Virus record (IMG/VR): IMGVR_UViG_3300035208_005974
Location: 1 to 64,000 of that record
Length of the DNA: 64,000 nt
Origin: a virus
Taxonomy: Duplodnaviria > Caudoviricetes
Reading direction: 5' to 3' (one strand)
This document shows, piece after piece, positions 56,597 to 64,000 of the stretch (positions are counted from its first letter, which is position 1; every line of letters starts with the position of its first letter). Below the pieces are notes generated by a model. The model made no database searches and had not been told where the DNA came from. It was given only the letters and a program-made list of their open reading frames with translations. The position numbers were made by a program, and so were the translations under genes.

Positions 56597-56807
56597 ATGT
56601 GTGAAAGAAAAAAAGCTAACGGACTTAGAAAGTTCCGTTGCTTTTTTAAATCGCGCAATTCCAGAAAAGTGTTTTTTTGATTTATATGTAGACGTCAATG
56701 ATGAAAATGTACCTTGCTGGCAAGAATCTTTTGTACTCCAAGGCTGCCAAAACAAACAAGAAGCACTACAACTAGTAACACAATTATATGAAAACAAATT
56801 TTTATGA
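56559..56807 (+). CDS. Hypothetical protein (start uncertain)
   Basis: ORF overlapping the previous gene end. Confidence 0.4.
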   Translation: MRIVTLELYLCGECVKEKKLTDLESSVAFLNRAIPEKCFFDLYVDVNDENVPCWQESFVLQGCQNKQEALQLVTQLYENKFL

Positions 56808-56883
56808 TGATAAACATTAAAATAATTAATAAAATATTACTATTTTTATAATTATACACACTTTAAAGGAGATTAAATTGATT

Positions 56884-58014
56884 ATGGCCAAAACGACTCC
56901 AAACATAATACCAACAAACGTTCGTCAATATATCATTGATAATTGTTCACTTACACTCATTGAAATAAAAACTGTTTTATCGAAAAAGTTTGGCGTTGAC
57001 GTAAGTGAACAAGATATAGATAAATTTATAAAACGTTCTATTGCTGCACGAAAACGGTGGGAAAATATTGAATACCGAAATAAACAAATAACAAAACATC
57101 GAGAATGGCTTGATAAAAACCCTGGTTATATAAGTGGTCCTAATAATCCAAATTATGGTAAACCTAGATCTGACGAAACAAAGCGAAAAATATCAGAAAC
57201 TTTGCTAGAAAAAAATATCCAAGTTAGCGAAGAAACGCGTACAAAAATATCGATTGCAAATAAAGGAAAGCAACCGTTTTTGGGTCATCATCATACAGAA
57301 GAAACTAAACAACGTATGTCAAAAACAAAAAAAGAATTTTGGACAGAAGAACATAAACAAGAACATTCTAAAAAAGTAAAAACGTACTGGATAGAAAATA
57401 GAGAAATTATAATGGAAAAACGAAGTACTCCTGAATACAAAGAAAAACAATCAAAATGCCATTTAGGACACAAACGTAGTAAAGAATCGTGTGCTAAACA
57501 ATCACTTGCAACAAAAGGAAAACCGGGACATCCAAACTCAGAAACAACTAAACAAAAAATATCAACTAGTGTAAAACTAAAATGGGAAACAGACGAAGAT
57601 TATGCTAAACGTGTTTCTGAATCAGTACGCAAACTTTGGTCAGATAGTGAATATCGTAAATTGCATACAGGGGAAAATAGCCCTCTCTGGCGTGGAGGAA
57701 TGCATAAATACTGTTCAAAATTCAATGAACCTTTACGAGAATCAATACGAAATGCATTTGATAGAGTTTGCTTTTTGTGTGGTAAACCAGAATATGAAAA
57801 TTGTGTACGAGAAGACGGTCGATATTTTAGGTTATCAGTACATCACACAGATTTTGATAAAATGCAAGGATGCGGAGGCAAAAAATGGAGATTACTTCCA
57901 TTATGCAGCGCATGTAACACCAAAGTAAATTTTAATCGTTGGTATTGGTTTTTATTATTATATAATTATTGGGCAATGAACCCAGAAATAATTTTATATG
58001 ATACATTGTTTTAA
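56884..58014 (+). CDS. HNH endonuclease with NUMOD3-like repeats and a TerS-like N-terminus
   Basis: GKPRSDETKRKIS and HTEETKQRMS repeats; CFLC..VHH..LCSACN. Confidence 0.85.
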   Translation: MAKTTPNIIPTNVRQYIIDNCSLTLIEIKTVLSKKFGVDVSEQDIDKFIKRSIAARKRWENIEYRNKQITKHREWLDKNPGYISGPNNPNYGKPRSDETKRKISETLLEKNIQVSEETRTKISIANKGKQPFLGHHHTEETKQRMSKTKKEFWTEEHKQEHSKKVKTYWIENREIIMEKRSTPEYKEKQSKCHLGHKRSKESCAKQSLATKGKPGHPNSETTKQKISTSVKLKWETDEDYAKRVSESVRKLWSDSEYRKLHTGENSPLWRGGMHKYCSKFNEPLRESIRNAFDRVCFLCGKPEYENCVREDGRYFRLSVHHTDFDKMQGCGGKKWRLLPLCSACNTKVNFNRWYWFLLLYNYWAMNPEIILYDTLF

Positions 58015-58026
58015 GGACGTTTTAAT

Positions 58027-58575
58027 ATGGCACAAGCAAATATAATTACGAAGGAAGCAAGACAATTCATTATTGATAATTGCTCTATGACTGGTGAAAA
58101 ATTAAAACAACTAATCAAAGAAAAATATGACGTAGATGTTAGTGTTCAGGGTGTATTAGAACACGTTAAAGTGGCACGCAAAAATGCAGAAGAAGTCACG
58201 CAATGTGCTGATGCTCACATCGCAAAAACAATTTCTGAGCGCATAGAAAAGTTCTTGCCTAATATAATTAATTTTTACGAACAAGATTTATTGCGATTGC
58301 AAAAAATCATCAATGGCGAAGATCCGTTGTTTGACATGATAGATTACAAAGATGAATCAAAGACACATTTTGACAAATATTGGCAAGAAAAATATAGAAA
58401 ACTTTTCTGCGAAGAAGCCGAAGCATATTTACGAATGAGGCCCCCCATCCAAACGATTCGGATAGAAAGTGCAATTGACCCCGATGTAGCTGCAATAGAA
58501 TCATGGACAGACGAACAAATAGAAGCATTTGAAGAATTCAAGAAAACTCTTAAAAACAATTCGGAGTCTTTATGA
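58027..58575 (+). CDS. Putative terminase small subunit
   Basis: N-terminal HTH, helical middle and C-terminal ..IESWTDEQI motif typical of TerS; no TerL in the window. Confidence 0.45.
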   Translation: MAQANIITKEARQFIIDNCSMTGEKLKQLIKEKYDVDVSVQGVLEHVKVARKNAEEVTQCADAHIAKTISERIEKFLPNIINFYEQDLLRLQKIINGEDPLFDMIDYKDESKTHFDKYWQEKYRKLFCEEAEAYLRMRPPIQTIRIESAIDPDVAAIESWTDEQIEAFEEFKKTLKNNSESL

Positions 58576-59930
58576 AAAAATTAATACTATCCACAATTAT
58601 TTTACTAATGCTAACTACACTAACTGTCTTTAGCATGAACGACGACCTTCTGAACATGTATGAACCTTCCACAAACGAAAATATTGAACCCGATGAAAAT
58701 GTACCATTAGGTAGTGTACTTATTCGTAATTCAAGTCCGACTTACGACATTATAGCATTATCCAATTACGACGTATTCATCTATACTGAAGACGATTTCA
58801 TTATCGCAAAAACGTCTAGCCGACAATTAAGCAAGGTTTCTGTTGGTTCCGATGCTGTTGACCTATTCAAAAAAGCCATTGATGCGGTACCAGATGGCGG
58901 CAGCCTGCATATTGGTGAAGGCCATTACCTTGTATCAGCTCCTTACTCATTTGCACTCAACCCGGACGGCTCCAACATATTCTATTCTGCTATCCAGGTA
59001 CTCGACAAAGACATGTACATTACCGGGGATGGGATGGGCAAGACCATCATCCAGCTGCTTCCCGGCCAACGCAGCCCTTCGCGGCACGTTGCCATGATGC
59101 TCATCAGGGGCACCATGAGCTATGATCCGGGGTACGAGAGTTTCACCATCCAGCACCTCACCCTGGACGGCAATCGAGCCGCCCAGATAGACGGCCAGCC
59201 CCACGACGGTGAAGGCCTGATCCTGGTGGGGTCCGAGCGGAAGAACGGCCTATACTACCAGCTCAACCTGAAGAACTCTTGGGGATCCGGCCTTTACCTG
59301 GGGAACAACGGAGCCGGAGATAGCGGCACCAACGAGATAGTCTCCGTTGTGGTAGCCCATAACTGTGGTGCTGAAGGCATCATACTCGATACCTGCCACA
59401 ACAGCACGGTGATGGATTGCGCGGCCTGGCAGTGCAGGGAGGGCTTTGTTCTCTATGGGAACGACGACTGGCAGACAAGAAGCCCCGATAACGTTAGCAT
59501 CGATTTCTGTTCCACCGACAGCCAGGTGACCGTTTGGCAGGTCAACGACTTCACCATAAGCGATCTAAATATGGATTGTAGCCAGACCACGGGATCTTAC
59601 GGCCTGATGATCCGGGATGGAACTGGCACTGTGAAATATTCCTTCTTGACGAACGCCCAGACCAGGGAGGACTCGACTGGCGGGGCAACGCACATCATCG
59701 AGGGCTCAAAAGTCGTATTCGAAGACTGCACACTGGAAGGCTATTTTGGTATCCATGCAATAGGCCGGTCCTATGTAGAAGTCAAGAACTGTAAGTCGGT
59801 TACCACTGGTGGCTGTTATGTTACAGTGGATCCATTCAATCCAGTATCAAGCACGATAAAAGTATCCAATAGCGAGTGTTCCGGAAAAAAGTCAGATATT
59901 CAAGCAGAATCGAATCTAATTGAAATTTGA
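58572..59930 (+). CDS. Secreted right-handed beta-helix (pectin-lyase-like) protein
   Basis: Signal peptide MKKLILSTIILLML; FKKAIDAVPDGGSLHIGEGHY, ITGDGMGKTII and LTLDGN. Confidence 0.75.
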   Translation: MKKLILSTIILLMLTTLTVFSMNDDLLNMYEPSTNENIEPDENVPLGSVLIRNSSPTYDIIALSNYDVFIYTEDDFIIAKTSSRQLSKVSVGSDAVDLFKKAIDAVPDGGSLHIGEGHYLVSAPYSFALNPDGSNIFYSAIQVLDKDMYITGDGMGKTIIQLLPGQRSPSRHVAMMLIRGTMSYDPGYESFTIQHLTLDGNRAAQIDGQPHDGEGLILVGSERKNGLYYQLNLKNSWGSGLYLGNNGAGDSGTNEIVSVVVAHNCGAEGIILDTCHNSTVMDCAAWQCREGFVLYGNDDWQTRSPDNVSIDFCSTDSQVTVWQVNDFTISDLNMDCSQTTGSYGLMIRDGTGTVKYSFLTNAQTREDSTGGATHIIEGSKVVFEDCTLEGYFGIHAIGRSYVEVKNCKSVTTGGCYVTVDPFNPVSSTIKVSNSECSGKKSDIQAESNLIEI

Positions 59931-60034
59931 TCCATATATTTTTTAATACATTGTTGGGAGGTGACAATTTTGTGGTCCCATAATGGACCTTACTCCGATT
60001 GCATTGAAAATGCTTTCGAATGGAGGAAACAACA

Positions 60035-62018
60035 ATGAGTACCCTAAATGGATTTAGGACGAAATCAGGGCTAATCCCCGCTTTTTCAAAGGCAGGATAC
60101 AGCCCGTGCCTACCAAAAGGTATATTAACTAATGGTGACTATAGATGACTAAACATCGGTCTGGGATCACATACCGTTGGTTTAACCCATAAATGTTCAT
60201 CGATACAAGATGGAAATGATCACTCATCTTAAGATATATTCAAGATAATGGAGTAAGCCAATGAGAGTGTTTCGATATAGACTCAAGCCAACAAAAGCTC
60301 AGGTAACCAAGCTGAATGAGCAGCTAGAGCTTTGCCGATGGGTCTATAACGAGACTCTTGCCCTGCGAAAGAACTCCTTTGAACAAGAAGGCAAATCAAT
60401 AAGCTACTTCGCATCTAAGAAGATGCTGCCTATATGGAAAGAGTTCAAACCAGAGCTAAAATCGGTCCATTCACAGGTATTGCAGGATGTAGTTCTCAGG
60501 GTCAATCTTGCATTCAGTGCTTTCTTCCGAAGAGTTCAATCCGGTGAAGAAAAAGTTGGTTATCCTCGCTTCAAGGGGAAGAACAGATATGACAGCCTCA
60601 GTTACCCTCAAAGCGGTTTTTCCATAGACGGTGATAAACTCTGGTTATCTAAGATAGGTGATATCAAATTCAAGTTGCATCGACCTATCGAGGGTGATGT
60701 TAAGAGACTAACTATCCGAAGATCTTCAACTAAGAAATGGTATGTGTCATTCCTAATTGAAGATGCACCAAATCACATTCTTGGACCCTCGGATGAAATA
60801 GTAGGCGTAGATATGGGGATCAAGAACTTCGCTGTACTTTCCAACGGTGAGTTCATCGAGAATCCTAGATTCCTTCTAGCTGATGAAGAACAGCTTAAGA
60901 AGGCTCAAAGCAAACGTGATAAGCTGCCTAAAGGATCACCTCGAAGAAGGAAGGCAAGCAAAGCGGTAAGTCATCTATACGAGAGAGTAACCAATCGAAG
61001 AGAGGATTTTGCCCAACAACTAAGTAGGCAGTGGATCAACAAATACGGAATAATTGTATTTGAAGATCTTAATATAACTAAGATGGTTCATAATCACAAC
61101 CTAGCGAAGAGTATCTTGGATGCAAGTTGGAATAAACTGGTGCAATATACTTCATACAAAGCGGAAGACGCTGGTAGAAAAGTAGTGCTAGTTAATCCTG
61201 CTTATACATCTCAAATGTGCTCAAGCTGTGGTCAAATAGTCAAAAAGGACCTGTCTATCAGAGTACACGATTGTCCTTATTGTGGATTATCGATAGACAG
61301 AGACCTTAATGCATCTCTGAACATTGCGAGACTGGGGCTACAGTCTGTGGCGAAAGCCTAGATGCCCGCCAATTTATTGGTGGGAGTGGTCACTGTGAGT
61401 GTCCCTGAGGCACAAGAAGAAACGTCAGATGGCTATGTAATCCTGAAACATGACCAACATTTCAGAATACGACTACATAACAGCCATAAAGACAATGGTA
61501 TCGGAAAAGCCGCAGATTGTGAAATATACCTGCAAGGAAAATACATTGGAACTTACAGGATATCGTTTGGTCAAACAATTTTACTCGAACACCCAATAAA
61601 TGACTTCGGAAAATTTACCGCATATCGCAACGGAACTCCTGAAGCCAACCAAGCCGAAATTGATTCCAACGATCCTGATAATGGCCTAATAAAAGTTGTC
61701 TGGAAACCTGGAACCAAGAAATGTCATTATGAAGTAATTGATCCTTATATAGGCACGGGTAATCACTATCCAAGAACATGTATAGGTTCGACTTCGTGTT
61801 GTGTAAAATCGCACGCCACAAGATCTTGTAATGATTTAACAGGCGGCGGTATCGGACTATCTGACCACAGTAACCAGAAATTTACTGAAACAGAACCCCT
61901 TGACTACTGTGAATGCGATACAACAATATACTTAAGGATAGCATTCAGAAAACCATCTTGTGAACCACGACCAATAAAAACTGTATATAAGACAAGTGTT
62001 CCAAGGCCACTTAAATAA
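60035..62018 (+). CDS. Viral gene split by IS insertion (60035-60057 + 61394-62018)
   Basis: Removing 60058-61393 restores MSTLNGF-S-VSVPEAQEETSDGYVILKH...; RBS GGAGG before 60035. Confidence 0.8.
60145..60258 (+). pseudogene. tnpA: Internally deleted tnpA remnant
   Basis: MTKHRSG/SHTV N-terminal piece and LRYIQD C-terminal piece within about 110 nt. Confidence 0.5.
60261..61361 (+). CDS. tnpB: RNA-guided endonuclease TnpB
   Basis: YRLKPT, GVDMG, FEDL, TSQMCSSC, CPYC and DRDLNAS. Confidence 0.95.
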   Translation: MRVFRYRLKPTKAQVTKLNEQLELCRWVYNETLALRKNSFEQEGKSISYFASKKMLPIWKEFKPELKSVHSQVLQDVVLRVNLAFSAFFRRVQSGEEKVGYPRFKGKNRYDSLSYPQSGFSIDGDKLWLSKIGDIKFKLHRPIEGDVKRLTIRRSSTKKWYVSFLIEDAPNHILGPSDEIVGVDMGIKNFAVLSNGEFIENPRFLLADEEQLKKAQSKRDKLPKGSPRRRKASKAVSHLYERVTNRREDFAQQLSRQWINKYGIIVFEDLNITKMVHNHNLAKSILDASWNKLVQYTSYKAEDAGRKVVLVNPAYTSQMCSSCGQIVKKDLSIRVHDCPYCGLSIDRDLNASLNIARLGLQSVAKA

Positions 62019-62088
62019 AAACAAACTTCAAATACTTTATTTTTTTACAACCAAAAACTATAAATACAAACAGCAATAATACTTCGTT

Positions 62089-62445
62089 ATGCAAGAAATT
62101 AGTGTTTCTTCTGAGAAGGACATCATACGGGCATTCAATGCAATAAATCCACGAGACATTATTATGGTGGAAATAGACGCGAATAACGAATGTCACTGGC
62201 TAGGTATGGTAATAAAATACGGTGATAATTTTGTGCTATCAGAAACTAGTGTATCGGTTCATAACCAACATTTGTGTTACGACACTAAAATCAATGTCAC
62301 AATCGCCGATCTTTTATATTACATAAACAAAAGCAATTGCAATGATTATAGCAATAGGCAATGTAAATTCTATTTATTAAAAAATCTACTAGAACTCCGA
62401 GATTTCTTAGTGGAAAAAACTAACGGCATAACGTTTAAAGCGTAA
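62089..62445 (+). CDS. Hypothetical protein
   Basis: Leaderless ATG below the promoter at 62049. Confidence 0.6.
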   Translation: MQEISVSSEKDIIRAFNAINPRDIIMVEIDANNECHWLGMVIKYGDNFVLSETSVSVHNQHLCYDTKINVTIADLLYYINKSNCNDYSNRQCKFYLLKNLLELRDFLVEKTNGITFKA

Positions 62446-62470
62446 AGTTTATATACTAGAAAGTCTATAG

Positions 62471-62580
62471 TATGATATTGCAAAGTAAGGATACAACAAA
62501 CCAAACTCAGAACTTGTATGGGTTTAAGCAAATACCTCCTCATTTGACTTAAGGTATCCTTATTTTCCTCCTAATCATAT
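62471..62580 (+). ncRNA. Candidate small structured RNA with anti-Shine-Dalgarno loop
   Basis: TATA at 62448; closing stem taaggatac/gtatcctta; inner stem ttaagcaaat/atttg(a)cttaa with loop ACCTCCTC. Confidence 0.45.
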
Positions 62581-62592
62581 AAAAAATAAAAT

Positions 62593-62655
62593 GGGAATCG
62601 GAACCCTGTAACGCGGATGACAGCCGCAAATTCTAGGCCATTGAATTACCCGCCC
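62593..62655 (-). pseudogene. tRNA-Asp(GTC) lacking its 3' acceptor strand
   Basis: GGGCGGG-TA-ATTC-AATGGCCTA-GAAT-T-TGCGG-CTGTCAT-CCGCG-TTAC, then a degenerate T arm and a T tract. Confidence 0.65.
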
Positions 62656-62669
62656 CACTTAGGCAATGA

Positions 62670-62716
62670 CGCGGCGGGTGGGATTTGAACCCACGTGGAC
62701 CTGCCCGGACCACATA
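62670..62716 (-). pseudogene. 3' half of a class II tRNA (Ser-like)
   Basis: Long variable arm TGGTCC-GGGCA-GGTCCA, T arm GTGGG-TTCAAAT-CCCAC, acceptor strand CCGCCGC and discriminator G; no 5' half in the window. Confidence 0.7.
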
Positions 62717-62767
62717 AATTCCCTGTACCCTTGAAAAACTCGGATAAGCTCAGCAGGGAAGGACGAA

Positions 62768-62947
62768 ATAAAAGGGTATGAGAATAAGTCCATAAAACAC
62801 CCTTGGGCAAAGGGGAAGAGCTTGTGGAGATGCCTTAAAAGGATTAATGAAGCAAGAACCAGGTACCATACTGGATGTCACATTGGTATCGCAAGAATAG
62901 ACGATGGAAGACTACATAAAGCACTAAACTTGGAAGATCTGTCATGA
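62768..62947 (+). CDS. Small basic protein with probable ATA start (not in ORF track)
   Basis: GGAAGG then ATA; (M)KGYENKSIKHPWAKGKSLWRCLKRINEAR...; stop overlaps the next ATG (ATGA). Confidence 0.4.
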   Translation: MKGYENKSIKHPWAKGKSLWRCLKRINEARTRYHTGCHIGIARIDDGRLHKALNLEDLS

Positions 62948-63045
62948 AAAAATGCACTAAATGTAAAAAAGTAAAAATAAAAGAACGTGGTCCCAATTTA
63001 TGTCCGGCATGTTTAAAAAAAATAGATGAAGAAAATAAAAAATAA
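62944..63045 (+). CDS. 33-aa zinc-finger peptide
   Basis: MKKCTKCKK...NLCPACLKKI. Confidence 0.5.
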   Translation: MKKCTKCKKVKIKERGPNLCPACLKKIDEENKK

Positions 63046-63059
63046 ATATATATATTATT

Positions 63060-63935
63060 ATGAGTCCAACATGCAAGGAATGTGGAAAACAATATGCAAG
63101 AATAAATAATTCTCATATAGTTCATACACACCATATGACAACTGATGAATACTATGAAAAGTATAATTTGTTACCAAGTAAAGAATATTTAGAAGAATTA
63201 TACATCGATAAGTGTTTATCTATTGTATCAATTTCCAAAATTACTGGATGTAATAATAGTAGTATATATAGATTGTTATTAAAATACGATATTCCAAGAC
63301 GAACACTTTCAGATGCAAGCAAGGTAAAAATACCTATTGTACATAAAGAAGATTATGTTTGTGCTTTATCACGTCCAGATGTTATAGAAAAAAATCGACT
63401 TCGGATGATAACAACCAACCCAATGAAAAATCCTGATGTAGTTAATAAATGTATACAAACTCGATCAGACCCAGAATATCGAAAAGCACATAGTGGTATT
63501 AATAGTCCATGCCATGGAAGAAAACCACCAAAAGGTTCTGGAATAGGAAATGGTAGTTATTATATTGATCCAGTGTCAGGAAAAAGAATATGGATGTATT
63601 CTACTTATGAAATAAAATTTGCAAATTATTTATCAAGAACTGGTATTATATGGGAATATGCTCCAAAAGCGTTTGAATTATCACTTATAAATTCATTTTA
63701 TAGACCCGACTTTTATTTGCCTGATTTAAATATGTGGATTGAAGTAAAAGGATTTTGGTGGTTTGTTTCTATAGAAAAAATGAAGTTATTTAATAAAATA
63801 TACTCTACTGAGAATCTTAGAATATTTTATAAAAATGATATAAAACAAATAGAAAATAGTTATAATATTAACGACATATTAAAATTTGGAATATCAGTAT
63901 ATGATCAATGTAACTTATGGAATTCGGGCTATTAA
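63060..63935 (+). CDS. Free-standing putative endonuclease (C2H2-like + HTH + PD-(D/E)xK)
   Basis: CKEC..H..H; HTH similar to the 33665 gene; STYE, YRPDFYL and IEVKG. Confidence 0.75.
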   Translation: MSPTCKECGKQYARINNSHIVHTHHMTTDEYYEKYNLLPSKEYLEELYIDKCLSIVSISKITGCNNSSIYRLLLKYDIPRRTLSDASKVKIPIVHKEDYVCALSRPDVIEKNRLRMITTNPMKNPDVVNKCIQTRSDPEYRKAHSGINSPCHGRKPPKGSGIGNGSYYIDPVSGKRIWMYSTYEIKFANYLSRTGIIWEYAPKAFELSLINSFYRPDFYLPDLNMWIEVKGFWWFVSIEKMKLFNKIYSTENLRIFYKNDIKQIENSYNINDILKFGISVYDQCNLWNSGY

Positions 63936-64000
63936 CAATAATCAACCAAACCGAGGGCCCGCGATGTGCCCAAGTTGCATCAAAAAGGAACTTGCTGCCA

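Larger units (their letters stand above)
60058..61393 (+). mobile_element. Non-autonomous IS605-group element (deleted tnpA, intact tnpB), inserted 3' of TTAG
   Basis: Left guide AATC predicts TTAG (60054-57). Right GATG + hairpin cccgccaat/attggtggg ends in TCAC. Empty site is reconstructable in frame. Confidence 0.9.

Noticed and set aside
62719-62795. Hammerhead-like GGACGAAA and CTGCTGAG
   Set aside because: The core elements are on opposite strands or in the wrong order, and CUGANGA is not matched.
62802-63974. 8-bp long-range complement (cttgggca / tgcccaag) flanking the last endonuclease, suggesting an intron
   Set aside because: Too short; the left arm lies in a plausible small ORF; no group I core was recognised; the window ends before it can be judged.

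Overview
This window is a 64 kb segment of an AT-rich tailed dsDNA virus with a contractile-tail (myovirus-type) gene set. The host is almost certainly an archaeon, most likely a methanogen. Host evidence: BRE/TATA promoters, GGTGA/GGAGG ribosome-binding sites, PCNA + RFC + PolB, an ERCC4 nuclease, an archaeal-type thymidylate synthase, class III RNR, QueE and IS200/IS605 elements. Layout: (1) 1-10.6 kb is the tail/baseplate module (tube, frameshifted chaperone, tape measure, hub, spike, wedge, baseplate J). (2) 10.6-11.2 kb is a non-coding hairpin cluster plus an AT-only repeat tract where C/G skew flips, a candidate origin. (3) 11-58 kb holds early/middle genes for recombination, nucleotide metabolism, replication, four DNA methyltransferases and RNA repair, plus tRNA-Leu(CAA) and free-standing endonucleases. 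(4) 58-64 kb holds a TerS-like gene, a mosaic beta-helix protein, an IS-interrupted gene and a small non-coding island. Strongest novel candidate: a clamp-tethered methylation system. PolB, the clamp loader, at least two MTases and a small Zn protein end in a shared LF[DESA]F PIP-like tail, and one MTase tail is a DNA-level copy of the clamp-loader tail. Other highlights: a two-frame overlapping C5 methyltransferase; an orphan TnpB omega-RNA end; an IS that supplies a replacement start codon for the gene it broke; ATA start codons (including PCNA); a mirror-symmetric divergent promoter/operator; a TFB-type zinc-ribbon protein; a hairpin RNA with an anti-Shine-Dalgarno loop; and two tRNA fragments in permuted order. 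All calls come from reading motifs by eye; no database searches were run.
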